DNA from: Rhizodiscina lignyota
Taxonomy: Eukaryota
Length of the DNA stretch: 64,000 nucleotides
NCBI GenBank assembly: GCA_010015805.1
Contig: ML978133.1
Location: forward strand, 496,001 to 560,000
Reading direction: 5' to 3'
Of the stretch, positions 23,453 through 34,759 are shown one piece after another. How positions within the stretch are numbered: position 1 is the stretch's first letter; each line of letters begins with the position of its first letter. A program made the position numbers and the translations under genes. A model generated the notes under the pieces. It did not search any database and was not told the origin of the DNA. It saw only the letters and a list, made by a program, of their open reading frames with translations.

Positions 23453-24561
23453 ATGGTCAAGCTGAACGAGGTGCACAGTTTGAATACAGCCGTGGTCCAA
23501 AGTCGGCCTCTGGTTGCTGTATTTTTTAGTACGGGAGGCATTGCGTCTTATACTCTTCGCGCGTTGGCCACTGCTTCTGCGGCCAATGGAGGCAAGGGAT
23601 TTCGCGCATACATGGTTGGAAGAAAGGCGAAACCAGCTGAAGACATCATCTCCGAATGCAGTGCCATTTACCCGCAAGGCCAGTTCAAGTTCGTCAAGGC
23701 TGACGACCTTTCCCTCATACGAACTGTCGATCGGGTCTGCGCTGAAATCATTCAGCTGGAGAAGAAGGAGGGCCAGGATGCGAGAATCGATTATTTGATG
23801 ATGGCTCAAGGAGGTTCAATTTTTCTTCCACGGAAAGGTATGTTTGAGGTAGGGGTTGTTGATACACTTCTGACAATCTCACAGACACTGCGGAAGGAAT
23901 TGACGTCACCATGTCTCTGATGTACTATTCCCGCATGAGGATAATCATGAAGTTGCTTCCACTGCTACTAAAGTCCACTCTCCCCGCAAGAGTCGTTTCG
24001 GTCTATGCCGCGGGAATAGAAGCGAAGCTGTACCCAGATGACCTGTCGCTCCGTGATTTGTCACACTACAGCTACTCTCAAGCCCGATCACATATGGTTT
24101 ATATGCACACCTTGTTTCTAGAAACCCTAGCCGAACAACATCGTGGGAAGCTCGGTGGCCTGATCCACATTTTCCCTGGTCTCGTACTAGGGCCCGGCTT
24201 CTCAAATCCTGAATTACCGAGATGGTTCAGGATAGTTTGGCACTGGATTTTTGTCCCTCTCTTCGGGCGGTTAGTTACTGTCAAGCCAACTGACTGTGGT
24301 GAGAGGATGCTCTCTCTTGCATCCCCTCGCTATCCGCCGCGACCGGTTGACGGGTCAAAGAGCCAGAAGACCGAGGAAATTGCCATTGGGACAGATGGGG
24401 GAGCTGGCACCGGAGTATACTCTCTCACTTGGAATGGAGAGAACAATCTGAACGCCAAAGCTTACGAGAAATTCAACAAAGATGAGATGAGGAGAAAGGT
24501 GTGGGATCATACAACAAAGGCGTTTGATGCCATTGAGGCAGGCAAAATCTTTATAGAGTGA
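23453..24561 (+). CDS. Atypical short-chain dehydrogenase/reductase
   Basis: VAVFFSTGGIA Rossmann variant, YYSRMR, HIFPGLV and VWDHT motifs; intron near 23838-23885. Confidence 0.85.
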
Positions 24562-24786
24562 AGTGGTAATTGGAATAGTTGTTTCATAGCACTAGTATGC
24601 TGCTTTTTTAATCTACAGGCGCCAATGTCAAATTGAATCCTTTAATCGTAATTCGTGAAATCCAATTTTCACTCATCTCATGCTGAAAATCCGTTCCAAC
24701 ATCACCTGATCAAGCGGTAAGGCCGTAAAATGCGAATGTCAGCCGTCGACTTGCGTTTTCTTCCACTAAATCTTCTGCTTCATCGA

Positions 24787-27700
24787 TCATGAGCCAAAGG
24801 ATGGTATGGGAATGCCCAAGCCCAACACCTTAGTCAATACCACCCCAGTAGAAGCATTGATGCTGCTCACATGCCCAAGCAATTGGAAGATAATCGAAAT
24901 GAAGCCTAGGAGCTGAGCCAAAAGACCGCTGGAGTTGGAAGGAAGAGGCAGCGAGTTGACGAAGCTAAGGTCCGATTGCGAGATGCCCGAAACAGCGTCG
25001 GCAATGGCGTCCGTTGAGTTGAGAGCGGCCAGCGATCCAAGCTGAGGATTCATTAGCGGCAGCATACCCATCAGAGCAGCGAGAGCAGGAGCGTTGATGA
25101 TTGCTGGCATATCAAGAAGCATATTTGGGATCAATGTCGACAGGGTCGTCTGTAATGCTGAGAGCTCATCGACGCCGCCTCCTGACGACAAAGCTTGAAC
25201 GAAGGAACCTAGGCCTCCGCCATTTTGTTCAACTCCACTCAAGATGTCCCCCCAATACGGAAGAACATCAGGGGTTGCTACACCGAGGTCACCGGCCCCG
25301 CCCAGGGCGCTCGTGACTGGGAGATTGTTGGCTCCTCCCAAACCAAGACCGACATTGTCCCGCTTCGATAGGTTCTCCTCTTTTATTTCCCTCTTCTGAG
25401 TCGGAACGCCGCTGCTCAGAAGGCTCGTCAGATCCGCTGGATTTTTGGCGATTTCAAACAACATCATTGCCGCCAAAGCGGACCCCATTGCTTGATTAGG
25501 ATTGGCGACAGTTCCGATGAGGCTAGTGACAACATTCAGAAGTTGTGCTGGCAAGATTGCGCTCAGCGAACTGAGGATGTCGGAAGCAGGTGCCAAAGCT
25601 GAAGCGAGACCACCGGGGATGGGCAGATTCCCGAGTGCTCCAGTCGAGGGCAAACCGTCTGTCAAGCCTGAAGCTGCAGAGCCACTTCCGAGGCTAGAGA
25701 CACCAGCCCCCAAGCCCACCGCGGTACCAACAGGTGCGAGCGCTAAACCGGAGGCCCCCCCAAGGCCGTCATTAGAGATTTGGCCCGCAGCATTGGCTAC
25801 ACCGCCGTTCGCCGCCGACGTTGTGAGTTGAGTCAGTCCGCCCAAAGGTGTATTCTGAGTGAGACCGTTCACCGGATCAGTGACTCCATTGGTGGCCTGG
25901 CCGACTGTGTCTAAAACGCCTCCAGCAGCAGTTACGGGTGAATTGCTTCCTCCGACTACGGGCAGTCCATTCGCAGCTCCGCCCACAGCCCCCGCCAATC
26001 CCGCGACAGGAGCTGCAGCGCCAATCCCGGCTCCTATCAACGCATTACCCACAGCACCTGGTACATCACCAGACGTTGCTCCAGAGGCTGCACCAGTGAC
26101 TGATCCCAATAATGCTGCTGGATCAGCTGCACCGCCGAGAGATCCCAACGCGCCCGTTAATGGAGCGGCTGCACCGGCGGCTCCAGTGACAGATCCCAAG
26201 CCTCCTGCTGCTGGAAGTGCACCAGTGAGAGCTCCCAAGCCTCCTGCTGCTGGAAGTGCGCCAGTGACACCTCCTAGGCCTCCTGCTGCACCAGTGACAN
26301 NNNNNNNNNNNNNNNNNNNNNNNNNNNNNNNNNNNNNNNNNNNNNNNNNNNNNNNNNNNNNNNNNNNNNNNNNNNNNNNNNNNNNNNNNNNNNNNNNNNN
26401 NNNNNNNNNNNNNNNNNNNNNNNNNNNNNNNNNNNNNNNNNNNNNNNNNNNNNNNNNNNNNNNNNNNNNNNNNNNNNNNNNNNNNNNNNNNNNNNNNNNN
26501 NNNNNNNNNNNNNNNNNNNNNNNNNNNNNNNNNNNNNNNNNNNNNNNNNNNNNNNNNNNNNNNNNNNNNNNNNNNNNNNNNNNNNNNNNNNNNNNNNNNN
26601 NNNNNNNNNNNNNNNNNNNNNNNNNNNNNNNNNNNNNNNNNNNNNNNNNNNNNNNNNNNNNNNNNNNNNNNNNNNNNNNNNNNNNNNNNNNNNNNNNNNN
26701 NNNNNNNNNNNNNNNNNNNNNNNNNNNNNNNNNNNNNNNNNNNNNNNNNNNNNNNNNNNNNNNNNNNNNNNNNNNNNNNNNNNNNNNNNNNNNNNNNNNN
26801 NNNNNNNNNNNNNNNNNNNNNNNNNNNNNNNNNNNNNNNNNNNNNNNNNNNNNNNNNNNNNNNNNNNNNNNNNNNNNNNNNNAGTGCGCCAGTGACAGCT
26901 CCCAGGCCTCCTGCTGCTGGACCTAACGCACCCGTAGCCCCCGTTGCGCCACCCAGGGCAGAACCGGCGTTAGGCAGAGTTGGGAGTCCTGGTGGAGATA
27001 AGGCTTGTCTTCCTCGAATAAGACCTCGTCGGAGAAGCGTACCAGTAGTATTCGTCCCGGGGGTAATTGGCAGGGCTGGCGCCGAGACAGGGAGGCTAGA
27101 AACCGATGGGATAGCGGATGTAATGCCTTGCAAGATCGTTGAGACGATAGTTGTAAGCAACTGTGTGCCGGTATTGTACAGCTCATTCCACAGGTTAGGC
27201 GATCCTGAGCCCGACAAGTCAGAAGTAGGAAGAGTCGTAGGAAGAGCCGTAGGAAGAGTCGTAGGAAGAGTTGTAAGGAGAGTCGTAGGAAGAGTCAAAT
27301 TGCTGCCATTTACGCTTGGCACAACGATTCCTGGTACGCTCGGTAAACCTGGAGTGCTGGGTAGTCCAGCAGCTGGTACAGAAGGGACACCGACAACCGG
27401 TGCGGCTGGGACACCGACATTTGGCAAAGAAGGGACCCCAATAGCCGGTGCAGCAGGGACACCAATAGCAGGCGCAGCAGGGACACCAGCCACATTAGGT
27501 AGACTGGGAGTGACACCGCCCACAGGGGGAATCGGTATTGCCCCGGCTGGGGCTGCCACAGCAGGTACCGGAACTGATGAGAGAGGTGGCAACGGGGCCC
27601 CAGAAGGTAAAGGCACGGGAAGGGAGACTGGAGGTACCGGCAATGAACCCCCCGCTGGGGGAAGGGGAGGAAGCCCTGGATTGGCACCGGCGACAGCTGG

Positions 27701-28048
27701 GACACCCGGGATACCCAAGGGATTAGCAGGCGGAGCAGGCGGAGCCGAGACTGAGGGCACCGGAGCTGAAACCGATGGGAGAAAAGAGACAGTGGTAGAG
27801 CCGACATTTGCAGCTCCATTTGGAGTAGGTGTTAATGCAGCGGTGGCGCCGATCGGAATATTGGTGGAAAATGCAACCCCTCCTACACCTGGTGCTACAT
27901 TTGGAACTGCTGGAGCAGCTGGAGCAGCTGGAACGGCAGGGACGGCAGGGACGGCAGGGACAGGAAGAGCGCCAAGTTGTGGAAGCGCGAAAGCGAAAGA
28001 ACCTGTCGAAAGGAGCGACAATGCTAAGAGTTTGTGAGAGTCCATCAT
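24787..28048 (-). CDS. Large secreted Pro/Gly/Ala-rich repeat protein spanning the assembly gap
   Basis: Signal peptide; the same GALPAAGGLGxVT repeat flanks both sides of the gap; long open frames on both sides. Confidence 0.8.
26300..26882. other. Assembly gap inside a coding tandem repeat
   Basis: Run of N; the flanks share gcgccagtgaca/cctcctgctgc repeat units. Confidence 0.98.
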
Positions 28049-28712
28049 TAAGGAATGATAGCAGTGATCACTGCGTCTCGGAAAAGACAGTGTAGCTTCT
28101 TCAAAGCTTGTTAGAATGCTCTTGCTGTGTGGATTAATTCATGGTGACCACCCGGGGGATTTTATATGTGGCAAGCATCGTGAATTGCCAAGCATCATTC
28201 TGGAGAAAGGCAGGACGAGACGCCAGGAACGCGCATGAAGAGTATCCAAGGGCTGGCATCCGCGTGTTTGAAGAAATCCCAATGCTCGTATGGTGCCAAT
28301 TTCCATGTGGTGATCGACCAGTGAGGAAACGTTGCACCTCATCGTGTGATTGAGGGAATGATGGTGATGTTATTCGCCCTTGCGTGTCAGGAACAGGTCC
28401 TCTCAATCGGATTTCTGAACCCTCGACCTTGCAGCACTGACAGTTTGCCTTGGATGATGAATGCGTTTTGGCATCGACCAGAGCCAACCTTCAGCGAAGG
28501 TGTTGGGGGAGTCGTGGACGTCTAGGTATTACATGTCCTGAGACATGAGGCTCGCCCACGCATACAGCACGCGAAAATTGTCTCAGTTGAAGAAGACTAC
28601 TGCAGCGGGTCGGTCCGTGTCAAACCTGAGGTTGGAGGAACATACGACGTTGGTGGGGAAGTGCGGAATGTGGCTGGGAGTGATTGTGAAAATGGTCACG
28701 GAATGCGCTTGA

Positions 28713-29624
28713 TCAGGTCGAAGAGCCAACGCGATTACCCCTCGCAGTAAATCCAAACCCACCTCTTCCACTTGAATCTGGTCCCTTCGGCTGGCGAATA
28801 TGCTGCTCTTCGCCAGGAGTTTCCGGCCGGCTGTTAGCGCCTGAAGTTCGCTGCACATAAGCGGATTGGGGTTTCGATGTGTAGTTTGGATCATAAAGCT
28901 GGCGTTTCTGGGTACTTGCGCGTGCTGGAGATTGGTCGGCTGAGGACGCATGACCATCAATGTCACCTTTACCACGTCCCTTACCCCGGGAGGAGTTTCT
29001 ACTGGTGCTATGTTGGCCATTCTTCGACGATGATCGACTTGGCGCCTCCTCCGAGCCAGAGGCGGGAGTACCAAACAGCCTTTCTCTAACCTCGAGATAT
29101 TTGCGCTGCTTCTCTTCGCGTTCTTTCTGAGCTCTTGCCTGCCGTTCGGCAAAAGACTCTGCATTCCGTCTCCTTTCCTCCTCTTCACTGTCTTCATCGG
29201 CAATGCTAAGGCCACCCATTGCACGTGATGCTTCTGCTACTTTGGCTGGAGGCGGTTTCCGGCTCAAGACTTTCATAGCAGGTTTAAATTCGGATGTGAG
29301 TGGCACGTTTTCGCGGGCTTGGAGAAATATTGGTCGTTCAGGAGATTCGCTAATTTGACCGCAATCAGACTTATGCACACACGGATTTCCGAGTACTCAC
29401 GCTGCATCCCAAAGTTGCTTATTCGCTTCGACATGCTTAGCCTTTCTTTCGGCCTTGGAGAGCCTCGCAGGCGGCTCTGGTGTCTGATTTTGCGATGGAA
29501 TCTCTTGTTTCTTAGATAGAGCGTGAGTTAGTCCCGACACCACCGAGCGGGCAATATGCCTTACGTCTGCAATTGTCTCCCAATCATCGTCCCATGCATC
29601 GGGGACGGCATTTTTCCCGCTCAT
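28713..29624 (-). CDS. SUZ/SUZ-C domain protein (SZRD1-like)
   Basis: VPDAWDDDWE start, EKQRKYLEVRERLFG and IRQPKGPDSSGRGGFGF motifs; two introns. Confidence 0.85.
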
Positions 29625-29921
29625 CTTAAGACTGTTACCTGTAACCGCGATGGATAAGAGGCGCTGATGACATGTGAAGATCAGACGATGCTCTTCGCGA
29701 TATTTGTACTCGGCCAACTTGGGGGGCAAGGCAAGTTGGGGGGAAGCTGATCTGCAAGGGTCACCGCCAAGACCGCGCTAAGCCCTACGGCGCGCCGCAT
29801 CGTCACTCCCCGCCTGTGAATGTGAAGATTAAACACCCAGGCCAGTCTATCAACTTTAAGGCTCAAGCTCAGTCGTGTTAACCATCGCTCTTCGACATTT
29901 AACACCGCCAAAGTGTTCAAC

Positions 29922-30548
29922 ATGTCGCGATTGGGTAATTCCCTGGGGAAATACCTCTCTTCGCTTTCACTGACACCTCGTGCAGAACAAGCTCAAGACA
30001 TCGACGCCGACGGTGATTCGGAGATGCACTCTTCCCCCGAAGACAACGACGACATGTTCCCCGACGCTGACACTCCATCTACTCCGAAGCTCAATCAGAC
30101 GTCCTCTGAGATGTCGCCGCCTACTTCTCAAGGCCCTCTGGCCAGCAGTGCAAGCTCGAATCTCGCCCAACAGTCCAGTGCGATCACATCGGCGGGCCCA
30201 GAGCTTAGTGTCACGTCCTCCATGGACCGTTCGACGCTGAATGAAAATGGGAAGCGTGTTGCAGCACGCTCTGAGATGGGCAATGGCGCCTCAAAGGTGC
30301 AGGTGCACAAGCAGAGCGGGTATATGTGGGAACGCGAGGAGGATGCGCCAGGCTACGCGTGGAAGAACAAGAAGGCGCAGGAGGACTTTCACCGCTCCTG
30401 GGAAAACATCGTGGGCAAGGACCACATGATTGGCAGTAAGTCTTTATTTGATGTGGTCTACTAAGATCACAGCTGACATGGTATAGATCGCTACGGAGAC
30501 GTTCTTGCTGGTGCGAACAAGACCACGAAAGCCTTCACAAGCACTTGA
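29922..30548 (+). CDS. Small fungal hypothetical protein
   Basis: Two well-formed introns; PGYAWKNKKAQED..W..RYGD C-terminal block; divergent from the SUZ gene. Confidence 0.7.
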
Positions 30549-30933
30549 TGACTTCTGTCGCCAAGGAATATCTATTACAATCCTGCTCACAAACCACCAC
30601 AGGCGACCTGCATTGAACTTGGCAACCCTGCTGACAGCCGTGTGCGAAGTGTCCTCGATCGAATCTGCCCTGCCACTTCTGGAACTCAGTGCCAGCCACC
30701 CTAAGGATCTCGACGGAAACTTGGCAGAGGGAGAAGACGATTGGAACACCTGAAAAGAGAGATTTGGCATTCCATTTGCCAACAAGAAAGACGGAGCTGA
30801 AGATTCTTCACCATCAAAGAATACTGAGCGCTGAGAAGTCGTCGTACGACACGGTTCTACCCTTTAGCTTAGCTAGCTCATGAAAAAGGATTCTCATCAC
30901 ACCCTTCTGCGCCTGCAATGCAAGTGTCACCGT

Positions 30934-31823
30934 TCAATCACTGTCGTCGCCGTCTGATGCTTCATCGCCTATTCCCTCCATCTCGCGCTCCTCCAGCGGA
31001 TCTTCCGTCATGTGCTCCTCGGTATGCTCCTCTTCCCCATCCTCGTCTTCGTCATCCTCCACCTCGTCATCCTCTTCAACATCATCCTCATCATCCTGCT
31101 CCTCCTCATGCTCCATCGTGTCGTCCTCCCCGTCATCCACAGCCTCCGCATCGCCACCATCAACACTCGACCTCCGAACCTTCTTCGCCGCCGGCTCGCC
31201 ATCGTCTCCCCCCTTCCCCCCAGCATGCACTCCATCACCATCGCCCTCTGGCCTCGGGCCCGACAGAGCCTCCTGCGCGGCCGCAGCCTTCGCAGCCAAC
31301 TGCTCCTCGCGCACCTTCCGCCGATACGTGTTGCGCTTATCGCACTGCACCGTGTTGTACTTGATCAGCTCGGCCTCGAGGCGCGGCAGGAACGCGTCGA
31401 ACTCCAGGTCGTGCACCGCGTCGAAGACGTCGCGCGGCTGAATCGTCTTCTTGTTCGAGCGGAGCGCGTTTTCGTTTGCGCTTTTCGCCCTGCTGTATCA
31501 GCTAAGACTATTCTTTACATATATAGAAGCGGCATGGTTAAGAGAGGAGGGGGACGCACCTTGCGCTGAGGTAGTTCACGAACACCGTTGCGCTCTTCGA
31601 CATTGCCAGGAGTGCGTCCTTCTGTATTTGCGTGTTTGCGGGCAGAACGCCCTTTGCGAGACGCTGGACCATCGTCCTTGGGAGGCTGAGGTCCTGCAAA
31701 GGACATGAGTAAATTTGTCTGGCGCGGTATGCAATGTATGAATTGAATTACCTCGACACTCAAAGTTTCCCTGGCGGCGCCATCCTCGCCGGACGCAGAG
31801 TCCTTGCTCTTGCGGGCGGGCAT
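30934..31823 (-). CDS. DPB4: DNA polymerase epsilon subunit D (histone fold, acidic tail)
   Basis: DLSLPRTMVQRLAKGVLPANTQIQKDA..ATVFVNYL..KKTIQPRDVF across two introns. Confidence 0.9.
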
Positions 31824-31924
31824 TTCGATGTTGTAGATGGGTAAGAGGAATTTCAATGGGTGAAGCGTCTAGTGAGAGTGCAAAAGGGAAGGGCGTTGTC
31901 GTGGATAGAGGGGGGTGAATTTAC

Positions 31925-31975
31925 ACGCGCAAACGCGTGCGCGCGAGCTAAGTGGTGGCGCAAGGACACGATTGG
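31925..31975. promoter_or_regulatory. MCB-like CGCG cluster and CCAAT box upstream of DPB4
   Basis: ACGCGT at 31933-31938 within a CGCG-rich patch; ATTGG at 31971-31975. Confidence 0.55.
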
Positions 31976-32681
31976 CCAGAATGGTAAGTCTCCCTCCATT
32001 AAGTTCTGTGTAAGTTTACCCTACTTCGAAAAATGTATTTTATTGCGTGAATAAACAGTTTCTTTCGTTTACATATCGACAAGATTGATGCACCATTTTG
32101 AATGGTCCACTTGTTGAAGTTCTCGTGGAAGGCAGCGATAGCTCCAGACTGAATTACCTATCTCACAACCAAGAATGACGATAAAGGCCTGAGGAGATGG
32201 GACGATGGACTTCAGAGCAATATCAATTTGCCTTTGCATGTTAGAGTCATGTAGCAGAGAGTATCACAGTGCAGCAATTCATGTCACAAGAAATAGACAT
32301 TCAAGACATGGCCATGAAACTATCTTCATTACGGTTTCATACTTCATTCCATCGTGAACGCACCAAACCCTACGAGACAAAGTATGTAGTGCAGTACAGC
32401 ATTCGGGGTATATAGCGAGGTCCAGCTTGCTGCAGCGTTGCGTATCTGCGAAAAGAATCTCTCTCCTTTGACCATCAGACTCCCCACATGTAAGAACGCC
32501 GTAGACCCTATTGAAGCCCTTCCAGTGGCATTAAAAAAGTATGAATGGTCTCTCCCAGTAGCGTACTGGAAGGGGTAGAGAAGGTTTGACACGAGAAGAG
32601 GGTGATTCTCCACGTGCCTTGCCGCAGCCCTGTGGCGGCGACGTCGAGTCGGTCGTGACCTGTCCATTTTCAGGAACAGCA

Positions 32682-33116
32682 TCACACTCGGCCTTCCAAG
32701 ACTTCAAAGATCCCACCAACAGCAAAGCCGGTCTTCGGTCGTGGCTCCATTATCGTGAGCTCATTCTCGAAGCTTTTCTTCTCCTCCTCCAGCTCCATTG
32801 CCTGGATGCTAGGTCGCCGCTTCATCGCACGTATGTTCAGCAGCTGTCTAATCTTGTAAGATGAGACGGTCGATGAAGGAGAATCGCCAAGCGAAGACAA
32901 GGGAGACAGCGAGGAAGTATCTTCGTTTGATGAGATGCTTGTCCGTGGCAGAGAGAGAGGCGAGGTCGTGTCTGCGGAAGTCGATGACGAAGGGTATCCA
33001 TTAGACGAGTGGCTGGCAGTGGGAGCGTGACGAGAAGGACTCAATGCTGTCTTGAGCCTACGGAGTGAAGAAGTTCGAATGGGCGTAGTGAAGCCCTGGA
33101 AACGGTTCGTCCGCAT
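32682..33116 (-). CDS. Small Ser-rich hypothetical protein
   Basis: ORF ends in an ordered-looking EPRP..GGIFEVLEG motif; long upstream non-coding region. Confidence 0.65.
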   Translation of the reverse strand: MRTNRFQGFTTPIRTSSLRRLKTALSPSRHAPTASHSSNGYPSSSTSADTTSPLSLPRTSISSNEDTSSLSPLSSLGDSPSSTVSSYKIRQLLNIRAMKRRPSIQAMELEEEKKSFENELTIMEPRPKTGFAVGGIFEVLEGRV

Positions 33117-34603
33117 GATGGCAGAATTCTGATGGCGAATTGTCTTGAGCTCTGCGTCCGTCGAAGAAGAGCGTGAGTTTCGCGCCCGAGTAGATATGTA
33201 TATGGACTTTGTGCTGGTGACCTTGCTCGGCGTTTTGAGCGGCAACGACGTCAAGGTGTCCAGGGTACCGAGTACGAAGAGGTCAGACGACGTCAAAAGA
33301 GCGACAGTGCAGTAGCGAAGGTGGAGCTCTTAAATGGTGTCTTCGGCCAAAGGAATCCAGCCCCTCAGCGCATAAGAAAAGAGCAGAAGTTAGGCACGAG
33401 ACGATATTACGGGAAAGAGGCGCAGGTAGGATAAAATAGAACTGGAGAGACAAATTGGCTCCAGCGTAGGTTCGTGTCCTGCGGCAGATGATCTGCAGGA
33501 AGGGGTTGTCTGTTTGGCAACGCAACAAAGGACAAGGAACCCTGTGCGCGAATAGAAAAGAAGACAATGCGGAACGAAGGGAGGAAGGGTAATAAGAGTG
33601 GCCCGCGTAAGGACAGGTCTAATTACGGCGTGCGAGGCATAAGGGAGAGGAGAGGGCATAACATGCAAGTGAGAAAAAGGCCTGCCTTGTACTTCTTATT
33701 ACGAACTGCACTCCTCCCGTCGCGACACGGCTGGGGCACGCAGATCTTGCTAGGAGACGTGCGACGGACGTTACAGGCGAAGGGCCCAACGCAATGGTGT
33801 ACCATCGCGCAGCAGCTCTCTCCTGAGCACGGAGCTGTGCCGTAACGTACATACGTGTCGCGTGGGCCCAGCGAGGACTAGAAAGCGAGGGACTTGGGGC
33901 CTTGGTAGTCACGCCAGCGAGTGCGGCACGACGCGCGAAACACATGGCCGGGGATGGCAAGAGGTGCGTGATGTGGGAGTCTCGCGGATGCGCGATGAAG
34001 CAGCGCAGGGATGCCATTTCACCCTGAGACACGCTGCACCGCGGCTTGTTTGATGCTGATTCGCGCAGCGTGCAACGTCCAACGGCTGCCGCGTCTCAGG
34101 TGCTCGCTGGAGTCGCTGCTCAGACAAGCGCACGCCTTGGCTGAAATCTCCCGTAATTCCACATTCTCCCCCCGCGGCCTCCTTGGCTGACGCCCCGACT
34201 CGTTCTCGAATTGCTAAATTTGCTGGGCGGAAGCTTTCCGACATGACATGTGCAACATGTGAACAGCTGCTTTAGGACCTGGCATATTGGAATATTGCTG
34301 ATAGCATCTGCTTCGCTTCTAAAATAGGTAGTAGACAACCCTCGACATCCATCCCAACGCCGTCGCTATGCATGAACAAAGAGGCCTATTTTCGGACCCT
34401 CCCTCCAATTACCCAATGGCCTCTCGCTCCAAAAACTTATCATGACTCCATGCCTGCGAGCCACATCCGCTCGCGGATCTCGCGTCTCTTCGCTGCGCTG
34501 AAAATCATGCACTAGAATCAAACGTAGAAAGCACAGGCTGCCCCGAGCCCCCTAGATCTCAAACGCCGCAAACCACACCTCCTGCAACAGACCAAGCCCA
34601 GCT

Positions 34604-34604
<1 letters not shown>

Positions 34605-34634
<30 letters not shown>
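34605..34634. repeat. (CT)15 microsatellite downstream of CCH1
   Basis: Read directly from the sequence. Confidence 0.95.
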
Positions 34635-34636
<2 letters not shown>

Positions 34637-34759
34637 ACATGGCCTTTCCACTAGGCATCCACTAATCTGCGCTTTTAACATCGCCACCATTGACGGCATC
34701 ATTCATGTGATCGTAACAGCCAACTCTGCCATCCATTGTGCCAATTAGGGATGGCAGGA

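Noticed and set aside
25502..28037. Long plus-strand ORFs opposite the repeat protein
   Set aside because: Antisense shadows of GC-rich low-complexity coding sequence; only the minus strand has a signal peptide.
31008..31569. Poly-Ser, His-rich and Leu/Ile-rich ORFs
   Set aside because: Alternative frames of the DPB4 acidic tail.
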